This document shows, in pieces, positions 50,600 to 63,537 of a stretch of DNA of 64,000 bases. The translations under genes were made by a program, and so were the position numbers. Every line of letters begins with the position of its first letter. The stretch's first letter is position 1. The DNA is from Octopus vulgaris (Eukaryota): NCBI GenBank assembly GCA_951406725.2, contig OX597814.1:163556001-163620000 (forward strand). The letters are read 5' to 3'. The notes below the pieces were generated by a model. That model had not been told where the DNA came from and ran no database searches. It worked only from the letters and a program-made list of their open reading frames with translations.

Positions 50600-52291
50600 A
50601 GAAATTTTTATTTATGCCAAGACAAAATAAAGGTTCATCTTTAAAATTCTTTTCTTCACTCATGGTTTTGGACAAATTTTACAAGTTTGAAAATCCTCTT
50701 ACTTTTATTAAAAATGGCAATTTGTCTGACATTTCGTCGTTCACCAAAAGAGGACTGCCCTTCTATGAGGATTTCCACATTAGCATATATATTAAACTTT
50801 CACTTTTACACCACCTCACCATTTTCCTGTTTTGTAGCTGTTTTTTTTTTCTTCTTTTAAATCATAAACTCCATTGTTGAAAACATAAAATAAGAAAAAT
50901 GAAAAGAAAAAAATTACTAAATAAAATATGAGTGGAGTGACAACATATCCACCATGCCATGCATGGCACTATGTATATTGGAGGTGGGGCAATATAAGGT
51001 GTTTTTACTGCATATTTTGACAAAATATATTTTTTACAAATGCTCACTACCTTACAAAAACTTTATCAGCTAAGCAAATGGTCTTCTCTAAATGTATTAA
51101 AAGCATTGTAACATAATCTGATCCCTATTTCAGAAACTTATCTCTGCTCTCTTTGAGCATATAAAAGACAAATTTGGCTGGGGCAAAATGAGTAAGCCAA
51201 GATAAGGTAAATTTGCCACTTCAGTTTTCCAGAAAACAGACTCATGCATATCAATATCCATTCCTAGACATCAGAAAGATCAGAAATGCAAAAAAAAAAA
51301 AAAACTTTTTTTTCAAATATCTCAGTTAAAAAAAAGAGGATCAGGGGAAAATAGCACATGATGTGAAATTAAAGAAAATCGACTAGATTTAAAAAAAATC
51401 ATAACATCTTCACGATCTTCTGGCGTGTCCTCTTTGTAATATATTTACTCACCATGTAGTTAAAGAGAATAAATTATAGAAATTAAACATTACTCATTTT
51501 ACCCCATTTTAGTAATCATTTATTTGAAAATTACTGTGGGGAAAAGAGTGTCTTGGAATCCGACAGACAAAAGAATATTGATTATTAAACACAAAAAAAT
51601 TATTCAAATATTTTCTTAGCAACCTCAATTACAATGAAGTCAAAGTTGAGGAAAAATTTCTTGAAAAAAAAACAAAAAAAGGACCGGCTACCTTACCATC
51701 TTGGACTCTTTCAACTTCAACAACTATGCCAACTAATGTTTACACCTAAAAATGATGCAACAGTACAAAATAATAATGCAATATTTGCAATGTAATTATT
51801 TCAAGACCCGTTGAGGCAAGTGAGGATCAGAATCGAAATCGATCAATGGAAATTGCAGATGTGTTACCAGTGCCTGTGGCATGTAAGAGAACCTTCCGTT
51901 TCGCGACCGTTGCCAGCACCGCCCCGTTTCGTGTCCGTTGCCAGCCTCGCCTGGCCCTCGTGCCGGTGGCACATAAAAATCACCATCCGTTCATGGCCGT
52001 TTGCCAGCTCTGTCTGGCACCTGTGCGGGTGGCACGTAAAAAGCACCCACTACACTCTCGGAGTGGTTGGCGTTAGGAAGGGCATCCAGCTGTAGAAACA
52101 CTGCCAGATTTGACTGGGCCTGATGAAGCCTTCTGGCTTCACAGACCCCAGTAGAACCGTCCAACCCATGCTAGCATAGAAAACGGACGCTAAACGATGA
52201 TGATGATGATGATGATGATGATGAGGTAGGGAGAAAATAACAAATCAGAAGTTACTCATTTTGCCTGGTTACTAATTTTATCCCATCCCCT
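50600..52291 (-). mobile_element. highly decayed pogo-like DNA transposon (tentative), interrupted by an RTE tail
   Basis: Recurrent ttactcatttt(g/a)cc motifs (about 51180 inverted, 51490, 52252, 52270) ending ...atcccc|ta; MVR- start near 50822. Confidence 0.3.
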
Positions 52292-52480
52292 ATATGTAAA
52301 ATGGTAAAATCATGTCCTCTAAAACAAAAAAAAAATTGCTTTTTTCTTTCATGAAATATTCTACAAACACTTTCAGATAATATAGATAACGATCATGTCA
52401 GAATTTGATATCAAAAAAAAAAAAAAAAAAAAGGAAGAAAGAAAAAAATGTGGGTGCCTAAGTATGTTGAGATGGTATTA

Positions 52481-52868
52481 CCTACACAAGTGCACCCCAC
52501 GACTTTGTTTCCTCATAACTTACTGAAAAACATATTTTTAAATGAAATTACAGAAAAACATACTTTTTAATAAAATTTCCATAATTTGATAGAAAGAAAG
52601 AAATTGGTGGGTTCGAACACACACATATCGACAATTCTTTTCAGAATTTCATGTTTCATTTTGTAGATATATGTAATGTGTCCGTATTATGCGCACTCAT
52701 TAATTTAATTTAATTAATTGATTTGTTTTTCACTTTAAATTGCGATATAATCGGTATCTGCACACTCTAAAAGATATTACAAGAAAATTTTATTGTAAAA
52801 AAAAAAATCCACATTTTTCTGAAAGTTATGAAGAAATAAAGTTTGGAGCCGGGGCTCACTTGTGTAGG
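52481..52868. mobile_element. TA-flanked MITE 175 bp upstream of the GSTT ATG
   Basis: cctacacaagtg...ctttgtttcctcataactt versus aagttatgaagaaataaag...cacttgtgtagg; TA on both sides. Confidence 0.75.
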
Positions 52869-53042
52869 TATACTATTAGAGATCGTCCATCAGAAACTTT
52901 CAAATCCAAAGGTCGAATGCTTTCTAATTGCAACACAGAGGCATCCTTAGTGATCTGTAAATTAACCAATGAAATGTTAAAGGCGTAACTACATTGTCAC
53001 TCTACTTCAAGGGAGGTCACTACCACAACATTTTCTATTAAC

Positions 53043-53157
53043 ATGGCTAGCCTTAAAGTCTACTACGATCTTCTCTCTCAACCTTCCAGAGCTATTTACA
53101 TATTTTTGAAAATTAATAACATACCTTTTATAGACAAGCCAGTTGCTTTGCGTAAAG
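53043..53157 (+). CDS. GSTT1: glutathione S-transferase theta, first coding exon, MASLKVYYDLLSQPSRAIYIFLKINNIPFIDKPVALRK
   Basis: DLLSQPSRA(I/V)YIF theta-class motif with catalytic Ser; phase-1 donor G|gtcagt at the position of the first intron of vertebrate GSTT1. Symbol denotes class; paralog identity uncertain. Confidence 0.92.
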
Positions 53158-53459
53158 GTCAGTGAAATCTATTATTATTTTTGTTATTATTTAGACTCAG
53201 CGCGGCTTTTTGATTAAATTAAAGGTGTGCAACTATCCAGCCTTTTTATTCTGTTATGAATCCTGCATATCAAGCGATTTTAGGGTTATTTGGCTGTTAT
53301 TTCTAGCAGGTTGAGCAATGGTGTTTGCTCGATCTGCAGTTATTATTAAGCATTAGGTTAGTATTGTTCAATTTTGTTAATATTTCCTACAGAATCGTGT
53401 GCTGGACAAACTGTTTTTCCTTCTACTCCGATTTTACATTACGCCCAGGTTGCACTCAT

Positions 53460-54092
53460 CTTCGCATGCTTCCCTAAAATTATTGGCCTTGTTTTTAAAT
53501 TAGAAACAGTTATTATTATTCCGTCGAGCTCGAGTTTGCCTTCCATCCTTTGGGGTCGATAAAATAAGTGCCAGTTGAATTATTATCTAAAATTATTTCG
53601 GTAGTTTATTTGATTTTCTGTGTATATCATGTAGTAGACTTGCTCCCCACTCCCACAAATTTCAAACCTTGAGCCTGTGATAGAAAAGATTATTTTTATT
53701 ATTAAGGCGGTGAGCTAGCAGAAACGTAAGTACGTCGAGGAAAATGCTTAGCAACATTTCGTTCGTTCTTACGTTCTGGGTTCAAATTCCACCGAGGTCC
53801 ACTTTGCCTGTCATCCTTCTGGGTTCGATAAAATAAGTACCAGTTAAACACTGTGGGCGATGTAACCGACTTACCCTCCTCCCCCAAAATTGCTGGCCTT
53901 GTGCCAAAATGTGAAAACATTATCAAGGCAGCGAGCTGGTGGAACCGTTAGCACGTCGGATGCATTTTTTCCAGCTTTTTATGTTCTGAGTTCAAATTCC
54001 GTGAAGGTCGACTTGGCCGTTTACCCTTTCAGAGTCGATGAAATAAGTACCAGTTGACCGCTGTGGTCGATGTAATCGACTTAACCATCTCT
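53460..54092 (+). mobile_element. tandem cluster of GGCGG(T/C)GAGCT-family SINEs in GSTT intron 1
   Basis: Heads at about 53704 and 53926 plus upstream fragments; shared ggtcgataaaataagtaccag core. Confidence 0.8.
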
Positions 54093-56190
54093 ATAAATTA
54101 TTATTGGTGATTATTGTTGATATTTTTGTATTGCATGAAAGAGAAATATATTTTCAATCAATTCTGTCAACATGTGTTGACTTGCTTATGCACAAGACAA
54201 TATCGCGCTATGTAAAATTATTATCTAAAATTATTTCGGTAGTTTATTTGATTTTCTGTGTATATCATTTAACTATATTAATATCAAGACAAAAATGTTT
54301 TAAGAGTTCATTTTATCCGTCTTATTAAATTTCTGTTGCAGTTGCTTTAAAATATTTTATATATACATTAATTGATATTACTTATAATTTGTTATCTAGT
54401 GATATTTTGATCTGTAACCCATAAAGGACTGGGATTTGCACAGCACATTTTATGAAAATGAGACTACCGTGCACTCATAAAAAACAAAAAATAGTTAAAA
54501 TATCTTCTTAGTATATAATGGTGGCAAGTTTTATGCCATCTGAAAAGTCATTAGTTGAACTATTAGTTCTCTTGCATTCGGGGGAGCGGGGTATCGGAGC
54601 GTTTGAGTGACATTAGACCCCAGCAAACGCCCATAAATTAAATACATCTATTAGGGCCACGATCATGGCCTGTCAACCTGTGCTTGACGGCCAGGATTGT
54701 GGCCCGTCACAATTTATGTGTTAAATACAGGAAAACAAAAATTTTAACAACTATAATCTAAAATAACTGAAACTGGAAAAACGGCTCCTATAACATGAAA
54801 AATATGAATATAGAATTAAAGATACCAAACTAAATAATGTATAATGTAACGTGTTTATTCATAATGTCTAATGTAACATGTTTATGTGCTCTCCTGACAA
54901 ACTTGTATGCGCAACACTGGAGAAAAATAAATAAGTAGAAAGGTAAAATGTATCACAGTAACTAGCCTTCCTCTCCTGAGCAAGTTCTAGTCTGATGGAC
55001 TACTGTGAAAGATATTCTATCTGGTCTCATGACTTGCTAGAAGTAGCAGTAAATCTCTCTCAAATTATACCCTACCATTTTTTAAAAATGTACAACTACA
55101 TTGTGTACTATAGTTTAAGGTATACTAAAAGACAAGATGGTGAAGACGAATGCTTTTGATCATATATCTGTCTACTTACTTCAGGGCTGACTTGGGGCTA
55201 AATAACAATATCCTAGACTTTATCCTCACAAAGCCATCTGATTGATTGATAAAGTCTCAGTCACCAGTGCTCTTCAACTTCTAACCTGTAGAATTCTTTA
55301 CTATTGCAACTACAGTAGTTTTTTTTTTACTTTTAGAACTATCTAGCTGCATGCCAACTCTGTCCAAGATTTCCCCTCATCATTCACACTGTTTCACCTT
55401 CACACCAGTATACACAATTCTCCTTAGAACATCAACCCAGTGAAATTCTTTTACTCCCATATATTATCCTGTAGTTGTTGACTTTCAGATATTTAAACTG
55501 AATACCAGTTGTATCAATCTCCAGATTAATGGAATGCCAGTGAAAGTGAAGGTCACAGCCCTATTCTTGCTGATTAAACATAAAAAAAGATAGCATTTGA
55601 CCTATAAAATGTATAAAAATATTGTATCAATAAAAAGAAAAGTTTCAAAAAAATGAAAGGAAAGACGAGCAGTTTTCTAAATTTAATCATCATAGATAAA
55701 AATTATTTCAACTTTCTAGCTCCAGTAGTTTCTCTCACATAGGAACAGGCAATCAAGCAATGAACCAAACAAACCTGGTTAAGATAGCAACACTGAATTT
55801 TATGATGGTTGAACATGGTGGATGTGGAGAAGGATGGTAATGGTGTGTGACAACCGATATTTACTTGAAAACTTATTTTATTTCTGTGTGAAATGTTGAC
55901 AGTAGGTTAACTTGTGTAAAACAATTCTTATCTTACTGCAGTGACTACTCTTTTGTCTTCCTCCTCCCCCTCCTCTTTACTTTTCACTATCTCTCTCTCC
56001 TTACTTTGCTTCTTATTTCTTAATGTATTGTAACTCACTTGTTACAATCATGTTAGTGATAATTAACTTTTAGATTTGAATTGCTGGGGTTAAAGAGATT
56101 ATGAAACTGAGAGTTACTTTCCAAGAGCATCATTAAAAGATTAAATTCTTAAACAAGTTGATTGATATATTCAGTTTACTGCTAACATTG

Positions 56191-56526
56191 TGAAGGTGCA
56201 TGATTCAGTAGTTAGAGCACCAAGCTTACAATCGTGAGGTTGTGAGTTCGAATTCTGGACCAGGCTGCGTGTTGTGTTCTTGAGCAAGACACTTTATTTC
56301 ACGTTGCTCCAATTCACTCAGCTGTAGAAATGAGTTGCGACATCACAGGTGCCAAGCTGTATCGGCCTTTCCCTTTCCCTTGGATAACACTGGTGGCGTG
56401 GAGAGGGGAGGCCGGTATGCATGGGCGATTGCTGGTCTTCCATAAACAACCTTGCCCAGACTTGTGCCTGGGAGGGTAACTTTCTAGGTGCAATCCCACG
56501 GTCAGTCATGACCGAAAAGGGTCTCA
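56191..56526 (+). mobile_element. tRNA-derived SINE (ttgagcaagacacttt core); second copy at about 57210-57545
   Basis: A/B boxes and two collinear copies. Confidence 0.8.
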
Positions 56527-58320
56527 GCATCAACTGCTAACAGTGCTTTATCAAAATAACAAACACCATTGGAAAACTAAATTAAACCAGTGCTTGACGG
56601 GTAATTATTTTATCTAACATGGAAAGATAAAAAGCAGAATTAACCTTGGTGGAATATGAACTGAGAATATAAAAAGCATAACTAAATATTGGTTTCAAAT
56701 TTTAGCACAAGGCCAGTAATTTCAGGGGAGGGACTAAGTTGATTACAGCAACCTCAGCACTCAGCTGGTGCTTATTTTATCAACCCCAAAAGGATGAAAG
56801 GCGAAGTTGACCTTAGAACATAAGGATGGACAAAATGCCACTCAGCATTTTGCCTGGTTTGCTAATAGTTCTGTCAGCTAGCTTCCTTAGCACAACTTAA
56901 TATTGTGAGATATTTCATCTAACAATGAACTAATTCCACATTCTATACCCTTGTAATAATAATGGTTTGGGGACTTAGGCACAAAGCAAGTGATTTCTGA
57001 GGGAAGGGATAAGTTAATAACACTGACTCCAGTACTTGACTGGTATTTTAATTAAAGGGATAAAAGGCAAAGTTGGCCTTGGTAAAATTTGATTTGAACT
57101 CATAATGTAAAGAGCTAGAACAAATATTCTACGATATTTTGTCCAGTACTCTAATGATTCTATGAATTCATCACTTTTAAATTTGATGGGAGGGTCAACT
57201 GTATCCGCTCTAAAGCAAATGGCTCAGTGGTTAGAGTGTCAGGCTTCCAATCATATAGTAGCGTGTTCTATTCTAGGACCAGGCTGTGTTGTGTTTTTAA
57301 GTAAGACTCTTTACTTCACATTGCTCCAGTTCACTCAGTTGTAGAAATGAGCTGTGATGTCACTGGTACCAAGCTGTATCGGCCTTTGCCTTTCCCTTGG
57401 TTAACCTGAGTGGTGTGGAGAGGGGAGACTGGTATGCATGGGCGACTGCTAATTTTCCATAAACAACCTTACTTGGATTTGTGGCTTGGAGGATAACTTT
57501 CTTGGTGCAATCCCATGGTCATTCATGACTGAGTGGGGTCTTTACCTTTTCTTAGTACTTGACTGGTGAGTTATTTTATTGAACCTAGAAGGATTAAAGG
57601 CCAAGTTGAATTTAGTGGGATTTGAAATTAGAATGCACAGAACTGGAAGAAATACCACAAAGCATTTTATCTGACATTAATGATCCTGCAAATCCACCAG
57701 CTTTAAATTTTGTGGGAGGGTTCAAGTCAATTACATTGACTCTCATGCTAGACCAGTACTTAATTTTATTGACTGATTTGAACTCAGAATGTAAAGTCAT
57801 AATTAAAGAATGAAAGGCATGTTGATAGGGTTCTCTAAATTATGATAATAAAACTCATGGCTTCCATGCTAATTCATGCTAACAATTCTGCAGGCAGTGA
57901 GCTGGAAGAATTGTTAGCAAACTGGGGTCAATTTTGACTTATGTCTTGTTGGGGTTGATAAAATAAATACCAGTTGAATACTGGGATCAAAATAATCAAC
58001 TCACCCCTTCCCCCAAAATTTTGGCCTTGTGCTAAAATTTGAAATCAATAATCATGGCTTCTAATTTAAGCACAAAGCCAGTAGCTTCCAACTCATGTGA
58101 GCATGGAAAAGTGGATGTTAAAATGATGATGATGACAAAGATGATGATGATGTCTATTTTTTTTTGTGCTACTCTATCAGAAACATTCTTTGTCCAAGTG
58201 TTTCAGGTTCCATTCTGAACAGGAATTTGATGTTTCATAGTTTTTTTCTGTTACTGTAAAGTTGTGCAAAGTAAAAATGTTTGTTAAATAAAGTTGATCT
58301 ACGTATTTCATTAATTATAG

Positions 58321-58408
58321 TTGAACATAAAAATGAAGAATATACCAAAGTGAATTGTTTCCAAAAAGTTCCAGCAATTGATGATGATGGTTTTGTTCTT
58401 CGAGAAAG
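58321..58408 (+). CDS. GSTT1: GST theta exon 2, (V)EHKNEEYTKVNCFQKVPAIDDDGFVLRE(S); later exons beyond the window
   Basis: ttaattatag acceptor, AG|gtataa donor, 88 nt, phase 1 to 2; KVP cis-Pro and ES glutathione-binding motifs. Confidence 0.92.
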
Positions 58409-58977
58409 GTATAAATATATTATTTTTGCTTAACTCCTTATTTTTTTCAAAGTATTTTTTATTTGCTGTATTGTTTTGGGATAACACCCAAGACTTCTTG
58501 TAGTGTGTAGTTATTTCTGTAAGTGACTGTCTTTTCGTTAAGTATAGCAACAGCAAAATGTTAAACTTCTTTCTGTATCTGATAAAACACTTGTCAATTT
58601 TTCAGTGCTTCTTTTGATTTTTATATCATCTTCATCATTATTGTTATTGTCATCATCATCACTGTTGTTGTTATCATCATATAGTTCTACACACACTATG
58701 TGTTAAATAAATTGGGATATGCAACCATGAGTGTAATGCCTTTCAATCAAAAACTGATCAGTATTGAACTGGAATGAAACAACACACTTGATAACATGAC
58801 ATAAGCCACTGATCTGTTGCCTGACTGATTATCTAGTGCTGTGTCCTTGTCACTAATTCTGTATTTATTTATCCTTTCATTCATTTTACAAGGTATTTTG
58901 TTATATTTATACTGGCTTTAGTCTTTGGACTGCAGGCATACTGGGATAATATGCTGAAAGGTTTCTAGATGTTTATA

Positions 58978-61900
58978 CTGGGTCATCCCATAAATTATGT
59001 AGTTTTTTTAAATACTTTTATTGTTCTTAATTAAGGTAAACAAAGTTCTTTTTTAATCTAAAATATACTCTCCTTCATTTTCTACAATGCTTTTCCATTC
59101 GTCTGGTATACTTACAAGGCCCCTCTTCCAAAATTCATTTGTTTGTGATGAAAAAGCTTCCTCCAGTACTGTTCTGACCTTGTCTACAGAATTCATATTT
59201 TCTCTGTTTAAATGATTTTGAAGACAGCAGAATAAATGATAACCAGATGGGGTAACGTCTGGCGAATATGGTGGCTGGGGCATTGTTTCCCATTCAAACT
59301 GCTCCACCCTTTGGAATGTCATCGTCACTGTATGTGACCAAGCATTATCCTGATGGAAGAACACAGATAACAACACCTTACATGGGTGAAGACCTTTAAC
59401 CTGGGATGCTGGTGTTTTCTTCTTTCCCTACCCACTGTCTTCAGTGCTTGACTTTTTTATAGAGAACCCATTTCTTATCACCAGTCACTGTTCAGTCCAA
59501 AAAAGGTTCATTCATGAGACGTGACAGCAAAGAAGAGCAATACATTCACTCTCTGAATGTGATTAGTCTCGGAAAGTTTGTGAGGAACCTATTGACCCAA
59601 TTTTCTGATTTTTCCGATGGCACGCAGGTATTGATGAATGGTTGAATGACCAAATCCAAGCTTCTCTGCTAGTTCCTCAACAGTTACAGTGGAATTTTGT
59701 TCCACCAGGGTTTACAGGACATCCTCATCAAGCTCTACAGATCTTCCAAGACAAGGCTTGTGTCTTGTAGACTGTAGTTTCTGGCACAGAATTTCTGGAA
59801 TGACCGTTGACTAGGGATGTCACTGATGGGTTTTTCCACCCATATCTGGGTTTTTTTGAGCAATTATAGGTTTATGGGTTTTAATTTCCAAATTTACATT
59901 AAATCTGGGTTTTTAAGTTAGTTTTGGCTGCAAACTTATCTTTTATATATCATCTATAATCATCTTACATAATCAATTTATCGATACAAATATTATATGT
60001 GACATAATTAGCGATCGTACGCATTCATTATTTGTTTATACTTGTATCATACCAGACAACGACAAGTTACAACACGTTGGTGGCTGCTTGTATACTTGTC
60101 TTAAACTCTGACACCGCCAGATTTCGATTGTTACTCGTGATTTAAAATTTGTGTAACAACATTTTAAGTGAGTGTTTTTGTTTTGTAACCCTTTGCGAAG
60201 TAATGGCAGACAATAGTGTGTACAAAAAGAGGAAGTGGTACACTCAAACTTTCACGAGGTCGTGGTTGGAGGATGCTGAACTCAAAGATTCGGTTATGGC
60301 AAGATGATAAAAATCTTGACACTTGCTACGTTGTGTTGAAAATGCTAACAAACCAATGCTGTTAGTTCGTAAAATCACCGCCAAACACAAGAAAGCTTTT
60401 GGTTGTGCGAAATCTACTATTAAAGTAAATCTGTTTATTGTTAGGAAAACAGATGATATATTAAATGAAAAATTGTTAAGGCAGGCTTGCTACTAACAGG
60501 TTATGTTGCTGAACATCACGTACCTTTCGTCCATATAAATCATTTAGTTGAAATTTGTAAAAAGCCCTTTCCCGATAGTGAAATAGCTAAAGATCTACAA
60601 ATGAAAAACGACAAAATTAACATACATTACGAACGAAATGAAATCTTAGAAATTCTCAAGAAACAAGTTTTCATTATTAATAGATGAGAGTAGACATCTC
60701 AGTGACACAAATCTTAGCAATAGTTGTTCACTTTTTTGATGAACAATCGCTTAATGTCAAGGATGCTCTTCTGGATGCAAATGTAGTAGAAAATCAGGGT
60801 TTGTATGATGCTGTCAAGTCTACGCTTACAAAAGATGTATCTATGAGCAAACATATTTGGATTTGCCAGCGATAATTGCTCAATAATGATGGGTAACAAG
60901 AGCGGGTTTCAAAAGTTATTGAGAAACGATATTCTGACTGTATTTACAACAGGCTGTGTTTGCCATTCGTTTGCACTTTGTTCAAGTCATGCAGTGAAGG
61001 TGTTACCTTCGTATCTCGAGTCCTTTTTAAAAGACTTCTTACTTTTCTCGAAGTAGCAAACGTCAAAATGACTTCAATATGATACAGTGTTGTTGGTACA
61101 AACGAAAACAAGATTCCAAAGCTTTCGCAAGCTGTCACGTGAAACTGTAATTAACGTTATAATAGAACAGTGGGATGCTCTTGTACTTTATTTTCAGTCA
61201 GAGGCTAAAGTAGAAAAAGTGGACGGAGCAAAAAGGATCTATGAAACAATGATTAACAAAGGGACGGAGAACATGCTGCTCTTACTTTATATATTAAAGA
61301 AAGTAAATACTCTTAATGTCGAGTTTCAATCGGAATACTTTTGACTGCATCTGTGGCATAGACTCGTATTCAGTGACTATAAAAGTATCCTTAGTTGCTT
61401 TTATAAAAGAGGATGTTTTAGCTGTATCTAAATTATTAGATATTGATCTTAATAACACAACAAATCACAAACATATGAGTGATATTTACCTCGGTGGACT
61501 TGCAATGAGATATCTCGAACAAAACCCTATCGTTGGTGACTCAGCTAGATTCAAAACTGATTGCAAAAAATTTTCAGTAGAATTATGCTCTCAAATAAAA
61601 ATGTGCTTTCCACTCGAAGAAACTGGAGTGTTCGGCCTCTTAGAAGTACTTGATCCAAAAGTAGCGTGCGATCTCTCTAACTCTCCAGAAAACACTTGAT
61701 GAAATAGATGATGGGTGGAGATTATTTTGGCAATATAAAGATATTCTTGTTTCCTCAAAAAGCATCCCTGAATTTTGGTATTCCATACGCAATCTTAAAG
61801 ACATGTTTGACCACTGTAAATTTGAGAAGCTGTCACAATTCATGACTAATTTAACGGTGTTACCTCATTCATTAGTGTGCGTGGAGCACATATTTTCCCA

Positions 61901-62564
61901 AGTAAATTGCACAAAGACAAAGTTCACTAATTGGCAGAAACGATCACTGATCGTCTACTCACTAAACAAGCAATTACAAGAAAGGGAGCGTCATGCATTT
62001 CTTTGGAGCCAAACGCTAAACTTATTAAAGATGTAGAGGATGGGTCTTGTCATCGTAGAAAATGAGTCTATCACCATTGAAGGAGTGACTGAAGATAATG
62101 TGGATATGTATGAAATTGACAATTAGTTGCCATATGATATAAAGTACGTATTAAATTCTGTATTCATTTTGTCATATATTTTATCATTAAATTACCAATT
62201 ATATACCTATTTTCTAGCATCTGGGTGTTTTATTTGATGAGTGGCAACCCTGCTGTTGCCATGGCTTATGCTTATTGTCCAATCCCCATATAGTGCATTA
62301 ATATTCCTCGCACTTTCCATTGCTTTGTTGCCTTTATTGAACTCATAAAGCAAACTATACCGAATATGCTCTTTTGTCACTTCCAATATAGCTTTGAAAA
62401 AATAACTGCTAAAATCGAACTGCACTCTTCAAAACTTGCACAAAGAATAAGGACAACGTAAAATTACTACCTGCTTTTATAGCAAGTTAATGCAGGTAGT
62501 TTATCCCCTTCTGACTTTTAGTTCATGCAATGGAGAAAACCGTATTGTTTATGGGATGACCCAA
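58978..62564 (-). mobile_element. full-length decayed mariner interrupted by a hAT element
   Basis: TIR (c/t)tgggtcatcccataaa with TA flanks; EVTKEHIRYSLLYEF N-terminus, HQDNA and PPYSPDVTPS motifs. Confidence 0.9.
59812..62252 (+). mobile_element. decayed hAT transposon (about 2.4 kb)
   Basis: TIR tagggatgtcac/gtggcaaccctg; decayed 8-bp TSD ccgttgac/ctgttgcc; LLIDES, GFASDN, CVCH, LPHS..VEHIFS motifs with frameshifts. Confidence 0.88.
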
Positions 62565-62653
62565 TATAAATCCCTGCATTTATCCATTTGCTAAAATGAT
62601 TAGTCACTGAATGAAGGGAGTTAACTCCCTTCTGTAAATTTACGTGCCTAACA

Positions 62654-63123
62654 TCTGTATATATATATATAAGGCAGGATGTGTGCGTGTATATGTGATT
62701 GTAGTTTATACATATCCACAAATTAGCACGCATGTTGCTCAAATTTTAGGAGGACATTTGTCACGAACATAGCTGTATTTTCGTCAAATTATTTTCCCCC
62801 AAGGCACCCGCGAATAGCGGTAAATGATTTTGAGTCATAACTTCAATTTTCACAGTGGAGAAATCCACTGTAATGACGCCATTATTGTTGACAAGACATA
62901 AGTTAAGTCCCCTTCTAGCGACCGTGTAAAGAGAGGTAGGGAGAGAGAGAGAGAGAGATAACAGATTAAAAAAATTTCTTTTTAGTGAGTGATTGACAGA
63001 CAAAAACAGACAGACAGGTATTGTTATGTATGTATGTATGTGTGAATGGCTTCAGTCACACACACACTCATACGAGCATTTATGCGTACAAAACAGATGC
63101 ATGCAATGTGTGTGTTGACCGTG

Positions 63124-63162
<39 letters not shown>

Positions 63163-63537
63163 CTGAAGTTGTCTGTGTATGGCAGGTTTGGTAGCCTTCA
63201 ACTAACACTATCTCTTCCAAGACCCTGCTGCACAAGTTGACCAAAATTGAGAGTATGATAGAAGAAGGCTTGCTCTTCCTTCCATAGAAGAAAAAATTCA
63301 AATCAGACCATGTTAACACCAAAAATTATTTACATCAGAAAGGTGCTTTTTTTCTATGAAAATCCCTATTTTTTACAATTTTTTTCCTGTTGTGTCACCA
63401 TTTTTCGGTGTATTTCAACCAGAAAAGTGTTCACTTAAAGAGAATAACAAGCTACATATTGCAAAATTTTTACTTTTCAAAAATTCCAAATATAAAGGGT
63501 CGAAACAAACCCGAGCAACGCAGAGCGATACTGCCAG
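62654..63537 (+). mobile_element. probable second composite non-autonomous Helitron
   Basis: A|TCTGTATATATATATATAAGG 5' end; inner element from about 63145 matches the 18662-19058 family; CCCGAGCAACG hairpin remnant, CCAG|T end. Confidence 0.65.

Noticed and set aside
51451-51745. Minus-strand ATG|gt exon candidates
   Set aside because: No downstream coding exon found; the region looks like a decayed transposon.
56191-56275. tRNA-like sequence (also other SINE heads)
   Set aside because: No closed acceptor stem; continues into a multi-copy SINE body.
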